From Klebsormidium nitens (taxonomy: Eukaryota; Plantae; Klebsormidiophyceae): a stretch of DNA of 64,000 nucleotides. The stretch covers positions 1 to 64,000 of the forward strand of contig DF237055.1 in the NCBI GenBank assembly GCA_000708835.1, given 5' to 3'. Below are positions 13,101 through 23,400 of this stretch, piece by piece (the first letter of the stretch is position 1; every line of letters starts with the position of its first letter). A program made the translations under genes and the position numbers. The notes under the pieces were generated by a model. The model did no database searches. It saw nothing but the letters and a program-made list of their open reading frames with translations, and had not been told where the DNA came from.

Positions 13101-16100
13101 GCTCGCGTCCAGATCCTTCTTCGAGTATTTGTGACTGCTTTGCTTTTTACAACGACTTGACACGCTCGACAGCGACGAGAATAGTTGACTGTATTACACT
13201 GCATTGAAGTGTATCCAATCGTTGATTTTGATACCAAAGCTCAAGAGCTTCTCTTTTTGCAGACCGCATTCGCAGCGCCAACAAAGACTTGGAGGTCCAC
13301 AAGTATTTAGCCGACCACAAGTTGCGCGACGCCCACTTATCCGTCGCGCCTCGAGAAGCCGAGCTTGCCCGGTTGAAGGAGGAACTAGAGGCGCGAGACG
13401 AGGAACTGCAGAAGAGCGTTTTGGAGCAAGACAATCAGAGAGTGGCCATACGAGATCAGGTGGAACGGCTCGCGGGGCTTAAGAAGGAGGCGGCCGCGCT
13501 GCACGCGACGGTGAAAGCACGGTGAGGGTTTGGGGTTTCAGGGTTTGCAGGTTTGGTTATTCGAGTGCCTTTGGGAGCTGATTCACAGGCGGTTCTGCAT
13601 GTCGAATTCTGCATCGGTGCTTTAGAATGTATAGCTTTGGGCTGGGTAGGAACCGCGCTTTGGAGTGTTGAAGGCTGAAACGACCGTCAACGGGACGTAA
13701 GTGAGGGGAGGTGAAGCAAATGGATGAGGAAAAAGTATTACACTATACGCGCCTCGCTAACCCGCTTTTGGCACGGCCCTCCCTCCTCCAAACGCCTTTC
13801 TTTATATTCGCAACGGACGCCGCCCCGGAATTCTTAGACATCCTCAAATCACATAGCTTATGCATAAGAGTGCATCGCTGATCTCGCCAGGGAGTTGGCT
13901 ATCGCCCACTTCGAGCACGATCTGTCGATGGCCAAGACGCAAGTTAACGTCCTCCAAACGCCTTTCTTTATATTCGCAACGGACGCCGCCCCGGAATTCT
14001 TAGACATCCTCAAATCACATAGCTTATGCATAAGAGTGCATCGCTGATCTCGCCAGGGAGTTGGCTATTGCCCACTTCGAGCACGATCTGTCGATGGCCA
14101 TGACGCAAGTTAACGTGGAACGGATAGCAGTTGGCACTTCTCATCACTTGTAGCTTATGCTTTAAAGCTCGTCTCGAATCTTCCCCAGGGAGTTGGCTAT
14201 CCGCCCACTTCGAGCACAATTAATCGATGGCCATGGGAATTCGGATCGAACTGACGCTCTCTCCGAAGCCCAGTCACAAAGATCAATTGTGATTATCTCC
14301 GATTCAGAAAATTCAATAGCTTATGACTCACACCGCAGTGCTTATTCCCGCAAGGATTTGCCATCGCCCACTTCGAGCACACCTTGTCTATGGCGATGAC
14401 GGAAGCGGACCCGAAATCGACGCGCTCCCCGAAGCTCAGTCACCAAGATCTTTTCTTTAGCTCCGTTACACCAAGCTGGATATCATGCATCGCTTTTTCC
14501 CACAGGGAATTGATTATCGCCCACTTCGAGCACGGCTGTTGATAGCCATGACGAAACTGACGCCCGAGAGACTGACGCCCTTTTCAAAGCCCGAATACTA
14601 ACACCAACTTTGTTTCCCTCAAAGTTTTCAAACGCAATAGCTTAAACTGACAGCGCATCGCGTATCCCCCAGGGAATCGGTTATCGCCCACTTCGAGCAC
14701 GATTTGTCGATGGCCATGACGGAAGCGGACCCCGAGGCGAAGGAGCGGCGATTGCGTGCGCTGTACGAAAAGCACTGCGGACATAAGAAGGATGGGGACG
14801 ATGACGTCAGCCCCGAGGCTATCGCCGAGATGCGCCGGCAGCGGTGAGTGTTTCGTCTAGAGATGAATCATAGTCAGTGACTACAGTTTGCAGCTGCTTC
14901 TGCGTTCCTGGATGGTCAGAATATCACTGTGTTGCCTCACATCTTTTTGACGTATTTGCGATCAGAGCTCTTGACAACCGGCATGCTGGTGAGAAAGGTG
15001 TGTTCGGAAAGATAAGGGAGATCTGTGTTGAAGAATGATCTGAACAGGTTTGGGGAAGGCGCAGGTTATTGGTTGTTTGTCAGTAAATTGCCGTTGCTTG
15101 CAGGCAGTAGCCGAAGCACAGTTAACTTTTCCGACCGAAGACCGAGGGAAATCGTCGGTTTAGAGGGGTTTAACGGATGGCGGCAGTTCAAAACTTCCCC
15201 AGGCCAGCAGGCCGCAGTTCAATCTAAAACATAGACGCGTTTCAACCATCTGCAGGACGTATTTGGAGCACACTTCCAAGTACCAGCAGAAGGGCGCGGA
15301 GAGCGCGGAGAAGAGGTATGCGCGCGCGATGCGGAAGGCGCGCGACGAGAACCAGCTGCTGCTGTCGGAGAACATGGACCTGCGCCAGGACAAGAAGGCG
15401 CTCGCGCACCAGCTGCAAACGGTGAGGGGCGCGCGCGCTTATGAAACTGGGTTGATCTTGATTAGGTTTCTGACTAAAATATGTGCCAGGACAAGAAGGC
15501 GCTCGCGCATCAGCTTCAAACGGTGAGGCGCGCGCGCCATTTCGGCACGGAAACCTTGGGGGAACGCGTATGGTATAGTCGAATATCATTAGGAATGAGA
15601 ATCTGTGCCAGGACAAGAGGACGCCTGTGCACCTGGTGCAAACGGCGAGGCGCACGTGCACTGTCGGATGAAAACCTTGAGGGACGGTCAAATTAAATCG
15701 GAACTGGGTTGTCATTTTGATCACGTGATTCAACGGGTATCTTTACAAAACCCCTGTTACTGCTCGAGGACGATTGAGATTCTTGTGGACTCGGAGAGTA
15801 CGTTTCTCAGAATATTGATTCAAAAGATGTTACACAAATGAAGTGCTCAAGGGATCAGGTCTTGATCAGGCAGGATCTACTTGTGTTCAATCCTGTCTGG
15901 TCAGAAGCTGTCAGTCCTTCCACTGTCTGCGAGACGCTGAGCCACGTCAGGGTTTGCAACGGCTTCCTCACACTATCTTCGCTTAACCTTGCAGTTGGAA
16001 GAGAAGATCAAACTCCACCCTCAGCTCTTCAACCCCCACGAAAGTCCCCGGTCGCACACGGAACCCTCATCTAAACCCTCCCTAACCCCCCGGGTGGGCT

Positions 16101-16885
16101 CCGCACGAGTGCCCCGCTTCACACCCGCAGCGTTAGCAGCAGCAATTGCGGTTAGGGAAGGGTTAGGATCAGCCTCCTCAACCTCGCGCAGCGGGCGCGT
16201 GGTTAAGGGCAGCGTTAGCCGTTCGCTTGTATATAACAACGCTGTGGACGAGCTCGAAGACGATAACTATACGGGGTTAAGCGCCCGGTCAAGCGGCGGG
16301 TCAAGCAGACCCGCGACGAGCCGGGAGGGCGTGATCGAAGCGCAGCGGAAGGAGATTGCGCGACTGAGGGAAAAGCTGAAAAGTGCACATCGGGGGAGCT
16401 TAACCGAGAGCGAAATTGTAGAGGACGAGGAAAATGGAGGGGCACCGTCGAGCTTAGAACTAGAGGGGGCGGAGGCTAGTGCCAAAGAAGGGTCGGTTAT
16501 TAGAACTGGGGCACAGACGGCGAGAGAGTGGACGCCGGCAGAAGGCGATGGGAGAAGGAAAAGTTTCAGGGCTGTTGGACTGCAACCAGAGTTACTGATC
16601 CCGCTTCTTGACATAAAAGTTGTTGCTTCCGGGGGGGTAAACTCTGGTGTTCAAACGGCGCGGCCCTCGACAAGTCGGTTGCCAAGCAGAAAACCGGGGG
16701 ATAGCGTCTTGGATGGAAACACGGAAGGGGGGGTAAGGGTTTCGAGGAAATTGGCGATCGGAGGGGGCTTCTTGACTAGTCGACGGCCGTCAAATAGCAC
16801 GCAAGCGCAGCACGGGGATGGGTTGGTGGGAAAAGCCGCGACAGAGCGGCGGAAAAGCATGCCTGACATCAAAAGATTCTTATAA
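1189..16885 (+). CDS. CFAP57: Cilia- and flagella-associated protein 57 (WD40 repeats + long coiled coil), 20 exons, about 1453 aa
   Basis: Exons: 1189-1280, 1972-2197, 2904-3083, 3734-3828, 4224-4353, 4758-4931, 5281-5349, 5914-6054, 6651-6911, 7108-7353, 7996-8280, 8923-9194, 9833-9938, 10841-11149, 11707-11859, 12300-12435, 13263-13521, 14673-14843, 15256-15421, 15995-16885. All phases are compatible (4362 nt). Peptides LSPVFALGADV, LSFSSDNKYLVTVGGDPDWTLLYWRW, RPLIATFGMDQTVRIWNF, LALHPSGLSVVLGFRDKLRLF, LRGHTAAVRSASW, NKDLEVHKYLADHKL and IEAQRKEIARLREKL follow the recalled CFAP57/WDR65/FAP57 sequence in order. Exon 1 depends on the U12 intron call. Confidence 0.9.
1281..1971 (+). other. U12-type (minor spliceosome) GT-AG intron, first intron of CFAP57
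   Basis: Donor GTATCCTT at 1281-1288. Branch-point TCCTTGAC at 1949-1956, 15 nt before the AG end (1971), with no pyrimidine tract. The phase-2 join gives ...LLSPV|FALG. Confidence 0.8.
8299..8323 (-). repeat. Interstitial telomere-type repeat, about 3 x TTTTAGGG, in a CFAP57 intron
   Basis: Plus strand CTAAAACCCTAAAACCCTAAAACCC, 18 nt downstream of the donor at 8281. Confidence 0.75.
10521..10715 (+). repeat. Two decayed intronic copies of the acceptor + 5' edge of CFAP57 exon 10841-11149
   Basis: ...CGCAG|GAGCGCGCGGCAGCTGCGGCGTCTCAAG (AG ends 10544) and ...GCGCGCAG|GACCACGCGCGGCAGCTGAGCCTGCTCAAGGACGCG (AG ends 10678), versus the real ...GCGCGCAG|GACCACGCGCGGCAGCTGCGCCTGCTCAAGGACGCG (AG ends 10840). 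Confidence 0.85.
11896..11976. repeat. Intronic minisatellite, about 18-bp unit TTCTCTGCTACTTCCTC(A/C)
   Basis: About 4 imperfect tandem copies in the pyrimidine-rich intron after exon 11707-11859. Confidence 0.7.
13030..13068 (-). repeat. Degenerate interstitial telomere-type repeat (TTTTAGGG variants)
   Basis: Plus strand CTAAACCCTAAAAGCCTAAAACCTCAAAACCCTAAAACC inside a CFAP57 intron. Confidence 0.65.
13785..14672 (+). repeat. Tandem array of five decoy copies of the 3' splice site + 5' part of CFAP57 exon 14673-14843
   Basis: Core ATCGCCCACTTCGAGCAC...GATGGCCA follows AG-like acceptors ending at 13890, 14056, 14188, 14354 and 14505, then the real acceptor at 14672 (spacings 166, 132, 166, 151, 167). 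Units 13785-13950 and 13951-14116 are a 166-bp tandem pair with 2 differences. Confidence 0.92.
15481..15655 (+). repeat. Two intronic copies of the 3' edge + donor of CFAP57 exon 15256-15421
   Basis: GCCAGGACAAGAAGGCGCTCGCGCATCAGCTTCAAACG|GTGAGG (pseudo-donor after 15522) and GCCAGGACAAGAGGACGCCTGTGCACCTGGTGCAAACG|GCGAGG (after 15644), versus the real donor after 15421. Confidence 0.9.
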
Positions 16886-18346
16886 AGTAGTCTGGATAGG
16901 GTATGTGCAGGGATGCAATTGCATTAAGCGAGGTTGATCAGGGCCCGTCAAGTTGCACAGTCTTAATCTCGTGCAGTGCGCTGCACGGCAACTTATATTT
17001 ACAGTGAATAAATGCTCGCTCATTCATGCCGCTTTGATTGTTACAGCCTTCATTGCGCAGCGCATGGTGTGCAGCTCCAGAGCTATGAAATCTGACTACA
17101 TTGACCTCAGTCATATAACGTGGTATACTGACCAGTGGCCTGGGGCCCGTGTGCCAGCATGATCGAACGCGCTGCACCTATCAAATGATCGAGCCTGACG
17201 GCCTGCTGCATGTGCATGTGCAGAACGATACTTCTCACTCATATCCGGTCATAGATTGTACATGCTCGTGTTTCGTGCCTTTGCATGTTACACATGCTGA
17301 TTCTTGAATCCTGAACATCCATGATGCTGGGAGAGCACGCGCCGATCCAATCTGACTGTTAAAGCTAGAGTTTGCATTATTAGACCGACCTCTGCCAATG
17401 AAAAGCTCTGAAACATGTTGCTGATTGCATATGTTGCAAGCAAGCAAATTGTTTGCCCAGATTGAGCATAGTATAAGAAAGCAGGACTTTTCAAGGCTGA
17501 CACTTTGCATGAGATGTGACACTCAGAGAAACCTCACGTTGCTATGCCTACTGCACAATTGGCTCTGTTGTTGTGCCGTGACTTGACCAGATTAGGTTGA
17601 TTGTTGTCAGACAAGATGAAACTTGGCAAGCACGTCCTGTTGACCACCAGAAGGACTTGCCGGAGAATGAGTTGGTAGCAGGAGTCTGACCAGAGGAGTT
17701 CTTCTCGCTTCAATACCAGGTGTCTTCCAAGCTCAGGCCGAACGTTAACAGACAAGTCATTCTTGACTGTCAGATGGAAGTTGACTCTCTCACTGCTGTC
17801 TTCCTGCAAGTGCTCTTCAAGCCTCTCAATGCCTGTCCCGCCTGCTACAACGTGCATCTTTGTTTCCAGCTGCCCTAATTCAACAGTAATGTAACTTTTG
17901 CCAAGTTTTGGCCACTATCCCATGCCTGCCGTACATTTTCAATGCAACAGTCTCACTCCTGAACTGCATAGCCCCTGGCCTACAGATTCTGACCTAAGAC
18001 TTATTACCAGAACAGCGGCACAGAGCGTGGTCGATACTGCAAATTCAACTGCCAAACAAGCAGTTGCACAACCTATTGAATTTCCATCAAGTCATTTTAA
18101 GACAAGGTCTATGCACGAACATAAGTTCAGAGCTTTCCACTGCGTAGCACAAGCGTTCAGAAGAGATTGCAAGCAGCTGCAGTGGTCACATGGAATCTGG
18201 AACGAGCAAAGCCTACGAATCAGGTGCCCGTTGAGAACAACCAGCTTTGCTTCTGAAGTGCGCAAGTGTTTGCAGCAAGCAATGAGCTCTACAATGCTCA
18301 TTGCAACATCTGATGGAACCAAGCAGATTGATGAACTTCTGAGAAT

Positions 18347-18371
18347 TGGTGGTGTTAGAAAACACCAGTTT
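18347..18371 (-). promoter_or_regulatory. Histone 3' stem-loop element downstream of H2B
   Basis: Minus strand AAACT-GGTGTT-TTCT-AACACC-ACCA; the stem starts 35 nt after the H2B stop. Identical to the H2A element. Confidence 0.85.
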
Positions 18372-18401
18372 TGGTTTGTAGAGCCGCACTCAGTCCACCG
18401 C

Positions 18402-18809
18402 TTAAGCAGAGGTGAACTTGGTGACGGCCTTGGTCCCCTCAGAGACAGCGTGCTTCGCCAGCTCGCCAGGCAGGATCAGGCGGACCGCGGTCTGGATCTC
18501 GCGGGAGGTGATGGTCGGCTTCTTGTTGTAGCGCGCCAGCTTGGATGCCTCGGTGGCCAGCTTCTCAAAGATGTCGTTGATGAACGAGTTGAGGATGCTG
18601 ATGGCCTTGCTGCTGATGCCGGTGTCGGGGTGCACCTGCTTCAGCACCTTGTAGATGTAAATCTTGAAGGTCTCCACTCCCTTCTTGGACTTCTTCTTGC
18701 CCTTGGCGCCCTCCTTGGCCGGCTTCTTCTCAGCCTTAGCGGCGGGCTTCTTCTCGGCCTTAGGGGCCTTCTCGGCAGCAGGGGCCTTCTCGGCAGCCTT
18801 GGGAGCCAT
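18402..18809 (-). CDS. H2B: Histone H2B, intronless, 135 aa
   Basis: MAPKAAEK...[90 protein letters not shown]. The true ATG is at 18809; the ORF track start at 18857 is a non-ATG extension. Confidence 0.98.
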   Translation of the reverse strand: MAPKAAEKAPAAEKAPKAEKKPAAKAEKKPAKEGAKGKKKSKKGVETFKIYIYKVLKQVHPDTGISSKAISILNSFINDIFEKLATEASKLARYNKKPTITSREIQTAVRLILPGELAKHAVSEGTKAVTKFTSA

Positions 18810-19868
18810 GGCGAAAGTTGGTTGGGAGGGCGGAAGACTTGAAAACTTTGGTTGCAAGTTGACGGCGATGAGAACTGTTGGACAATGAGCTGATCACAGC
18901 TTCTTTTGTATCCAGCTCCCAAGCTCAGCGCCAGTCTCAAGCAGCAGCTTGCTTCTGATTGGTCCGAAACTGGGACCATGGACTGAGATTCCCAACAGCC
19001 TGCTTTCGGCCGTTAGATAAGGCTTCCAATCCACAGATTCAATGTTGCACGGTCCGATAAAAGTTCGGCGCCGAAAATTCAAACTTACTCGGACTGGCCC
19101 GAGTCATGGAACTTCAGAGTTCAGAGAGCTTCTGAGTGTACCGGGCGTAGGATGCCGGTAAGTGATTTGGCCGGTTGGTCTGTACCGATGTTTGCAGGTT
19201 GCCGTTGCTCGCCTGAATCTTTCCTTGGAGGTTGCTTCCGAGCACCCGGGAAAACTTTCAGAGGTGCCCCGAGTCCCGAGAAGGATTTACGAATCCACGC
19301 GCTGCAATTGGTCAGAAATAGGGGCTCACGGATTGCTCAAGCGGAAACAGCAGCCTACCTTTCGATAGGCAAGTGCTCCGATCGAACGGCTGAGGGCTCC
19401 TCAAGTTCGGATTTTGAACTTGCGCCCCATTTTTGAATTTCCAATGATACAGTCTGCATTCAAGCTACTCAAGCACCCGAAAGTAAGTCATGTGGTGTCA
19501 AGAGAAGCCCTGGGGAGACCGTCAGAGCAGCATCGAGACTTCAACTTTCTGTGGCTTCGACAGACCGACTTTCTAGACTGCCTCTAGAGTAGGTTCTGCC
19601 TTGATGTCGAAAGACAGCTCAAGTCTCGACCGACAGTGTCTTCGACAAGTGACTCCCGGTTCATCCCAATTGCCCACCTCAGCTTATCGGACGGTCAGAT
19701 CTGGCCTGCAAAACTCATATCCTGGTCCTCGCTTCTGATTGGCTCCCAAAGTAAAACCTACTACAAAGAAGAACACCAGAGCCACAATTCTGCACAAGCA
19801 ATTTCATTCGCAAAGTTTCTCCTCCGCTCCAAACAGCAAAGTTCCCTCCTCCTCCAAAAGCAGTCATC
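18810..19868. promoter_or_regulatory. Divergent H2B/H2A promoter region with a repeated CCAAT-box 12-mer
   Basis: GCTTCTGATTGG (CCAAT on the minus strand) at 18951-18962 and 19731-19742, each about 130-140 nt from an ATG. Confidence 0.55.
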
Positions 19869-20249
19869 ATGTCTGGACGTGGCAAGGCCTCCGGCAAGAA
19901 GGCGGTGAGCCGCAGCGCCAAGGCGGGGCTCCAGTTTCCTGTGGGGAGAATCGCCAGGTACCTCAAGGCTGGCAAGTATGCAACTAGGGTGGGCGCGGGT
20001 GCTCCCGTGTACCTCGCCGCTGTCCTGGAGTACCTCGCAGCTGAGGTTCTGGAGCTGGCTGGCAATGCCTCCAGGGATAACAAGAAGACCAGGATCGTCC
20101 CCAGGCACATCCAGCTCGCAGTCAGGAACGACGAGGAGCTGAGCAAGCTGCTTGGCAACGTCACCATCGCGGCCGGAGGAGTGCTCCCCAACATCCACAG
20201 CGTGCTGCTCCCCAAGAAGACTGGCGGCGGCAAGGCTACCGCCGAGTAA
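19869..20249 (+). CDS. H2A: Histone H2A (canonical type), intronless, 126 aa
   Basis: MSGRGK...[82 protein letters not shown]...LLPKK. No C-terminal SQ motif, so not H2A.X. Confidence 0.98.
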   Translation: MSGRGKASGKKAVSRSAKAGLQFPVGRIARYLKAGKYATRVGAGAPVYLAAVLEYLAAEVLELAGNASRDNKKTRIVPRHIQLAVRNDEELSKLLGNVTIAAGGVLPNIHSVLLPKKTGGGKATAE

Positions 20250-20287
20250 ATGCGCCTCGGGCGTGCGGCCTTGTGCCAATCACAACC

Positions 20288-20312
20288 AAACTGGTGTTTT
20301 CTAACACCACCA
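20288..20312 (+). promoter_or_regulatory. Histone 3' stem-loop element downstream of H2A
   Basis: AAACT-GGTGTT(20293-20298)-TTCT-AACACC(20303-20308)-ACCA; the stem starts 43 nt after the stop. Confidence 0.85.
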
Positions 20313-20400
20313 AACCAAAGAGATCTTTCACTCCTACTTGCCTGCGCAATTCTGCTTTGCTGATTTTACTGCCTCTTCAACATCAAGGACAGAGATCAGA

Positions 20401-20466
20401 AGTTGCTTAGTCTCTTTGATCCCCAGCATTAGTTGCTTAGACTCTTTGATCCCCAGCATTAGTTGC
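20401..20466. repeat. 30-bp tandem duplication
   Basis: AGTTGCTTAG(T/A)CTCTTTGATCCCCAGCATT x2 plus a partial AGTTGC. Confidence 0.85.
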
Positions 20467-23400
20467 ATTGTCAGGTGGACCTGCCTACTTTAGTTGAAGA
20501 CCTAGAAAAGGCTGCTCTTGCTCTTGCCTTGTGTGGACCTATGCTAGAAGTCTCTGCAAGCCAGGGCGTAGCTAGGAGAAGAGACTGGAGATCGTTTGTG
20601 CCGCCGTTACGGAAGTGTCTGCTTGATCAATGGCAGGTGTCAGTTGTACTCGTAAAGGCCGTTATGTCGAAGATTGGTACCTTATTGTCTTTAAGATGCA
20701 GAGAGATTCCAACACATCCCGGGCAGTGATCAAGGCCTTTCCTAATACAAAGTGCCAGTTGTCAGAAGCAATCTGACTCGGACCACAAACAGATGGTGGC
20801 CTATACTTGAATGAAGCAAGCGTGCCTCCAGGATCTGACTTAGATCTCCGGGTCTCTTGTTGTGGGGGTGTGAATCTAAACACTCCAATCTGGCTTTGCT
20901 TCATTCATCATCAAAGTTCCACTCGTCCAGTCTCTTCCAGACGACGCCGTCCTTCCGCTTCATAATGTCTTCTGACCAACCACCTCAGACGCAAACTTTC
21001 ATGGGTCTTGGGTTCTACGCAGCTGGGCTCCTCGTATTTGAAACAGAATTCAGTGTCCTGTTGTTTGTCCTGTTCTGACGAGGACGGAGTTTTGAATCTG
21101 GCTGTGCGTCCATGGCACATTTGTGTCCATTCCTGTATGGTCGTATTGCAACTTTGATGTTCTCCTCCGAGCCCCTGTAGAATGACCTCCATAGAATCCC
21201 GCTTTTTCCATATCCTTGTGAGGTTAGCATCGTGGTTGCATGATTGTGCGCGGAATGAAGGCGGTAGGAGTGCTATGGAAAGCATTCTCATGATGTAAAC
21301 TGTACACAGCTGCATCGTGCAATGTATCCTGCCGCAAATCCAATGTCGTGGAATGTTTCATACCCGGTTTCATATCATAGCATCCCTTTCTGAAAGAAAC
21401 TGCATGCTGGTCACGGATACATTGTGCGCCGCGATTGATGATCTGCCAGAGGTGCACGTAAGATTGGATGTTTCTTATATGCTTAGCCGCAGAAACTTGC
21501 TAGCGGCGGCAGCTGCCACTCATGCATGAGCAGATGGCTGTTCTAGCTGAGCAGACGTACCTAGATTTTGCACGGGGGTACTACACTTACCAGATGCACG
21601 TACAGGCCACCGTCATCTGACATGGACGCATGTACTCACTGCAATATTCACCACTGATATATACGCACGAGATCGTACTAATGCATGACGGCAATGATCC
21701 GACACGTAACTGCAAGGCCCTGCCAATAATTTGCATACTTGCGTGGACGCAGGTGTCCGCATCCAGGATCTTAGTACGTGAGTCAACCAGCGCAAAACGT
21801 ACTGGGCTCGCAAATACACACATAACTCAACTACGCTGACATGCAGCCTAATTAAGCAACTCCCATGGAGACGAAACGCGAGCTAGGTCAACCGATTGCA
21901 GGGACTGAGCTTTGATTGCCAAATCAGGATTGGTGCGACCTGATCAGGGGCGGCGCAGATCGTGGTTTCCAAGTGACATGTCTCGTCAAAGAGTTTCAAA
22001 ACTCTGCATGACTAATCGGGTAATTTGATATTGCGTTATATAAAACTTCCTTGTAACGCTCCTGGTTATTCTCAGGCTGTTTACTTAGATACGTCTAGAT
22101 CCCACCGTCAATCTGGTTGCTCCTCTCAGTCAAACGTCTGCATTCGCTTTGTCAACGCCTTCGAGCATGTACTCAAATGCTTGTCATATGCAGATCGGAT
22201 CGGTTTCAAAGCTGTCTCTGAACTACTGTAGGCCTCGAATTGCCGCTTAAGTGCCGGCAGAACCAGATGTGAACAACTCTGATCATCGGCCAGATTCGCT
22301 GCTGACGGCCATCCACTTCGAGGAGTACATTCAGGGGTCTTGTGCGAATCGGGCGAGGAGGTGATATACTAATTCCTCCTGTTTTCAGGCGGCATCGTCT
22401 GTTCGTTTGTACGACGACAAGGTCCCTAGCTACTAGTAGATGCCGGCGCACCTCTTTTTCTGGTGACGAACTCAGGAGTAGAAGAGCCAACGAGAGACCG
22501 TGTGGTTGTGAATGAGTGGATAGACGGACCGTTGAACGAATTCGGATAGAAATGGGTGCCGCCTAGGCGCTGGTTTTCGCGGCGGCGTTAAGGAAGATGG
22601 GCGGCAAAGATTGAAAAGATTCCCGGGTTGAGATTGGAGTCACGATGAGTGCTCGTCTCAATGTCTGGCCGCGCCCGTAGGACTTCCGTGAATTATATAG
22701 CTTCCTCGACAGCATAGTCAGGCCGCTACATCCACGTGCCTCGAAGTTTGGAGTCATCTCTGTATTCTGGGCTCTGCAAAGAATGTAGAAAGGTCAGATT
22801 ATTGTACGGACCCAGAGTCATAGCTTTTTTGATAGGATCAGCCTGGACCGAAATTTTGCGTCTGATCATGAAAGGGCTCCCCGTTTGTGCAACGAAACAA
22901 GACACCAGATATCTGAAGCTGATGCAAGTCGAAGCCGCATTCATATCCACGGACCATCGGTGTGTCGACGACGGTATGTTGAGTATGGCGAAGCTGAGTG
23001 GGGAAATCGACCTTTCGTTTCCAGTGAAGAGCCTGTAAAGACGTCGGCAAGCTAAGGTATGAACGAGTTGCGGCCTTGGATCGACTGACAATCTGACAAT
23101 ATGGCTCGACCCCAACAATTTGCCAGATAACATTGCACTGAGATGAGTTTCCGACTCCATTAAAGCATTTTCTCGCCTACGTACTTCTAGCGCTGGTCAC
23201 TCGCTGTGCAGCAAAGGGATTTGAGTGGGCTCGTTTAGTCAGGCAAAGGCTTCTGGGACACGTGCGAAAAGTTACTGATTTCGTAAGTACTGCATTAATA
23301 TCTTCTCTGCCCGTCCTTGAGAAACTCCTTGACGTGATTCCGGTATGCTTGTCATGCCGACATCTTCGTCCAATGCCTCATCACTCTGGGCGGCCAGCCT

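Noticed and set aside
13890-14560. Mutually exclusive or cassette exons
   Set aside because: The copies cover only the first 50 nt or so of the exon, lack convincing donors, and contain indels or run into stops.
13785-14672. Repeat-spacer appearance suggesting a CRISPR array
   Set aside because: The repeats are degenerate copies of a host exon edge in a eukaryotic intron, the spacers resemble one another, and no cas genes are present.
17534-17857. 107-aa minus-strand ORF between CFAP57 and H2B
   Set aside because: No recognisable motif or splice context, so it cannot be supported as a gene.
17898-18842. 314-aa plus-strand ORF
   Set aside because: Largely the antisense shadow of H2B, with a non-ATG start.
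19715-20279. Two 172-aa minus-strand ORFs
   Set aside because: Antisense shadows of H2A.
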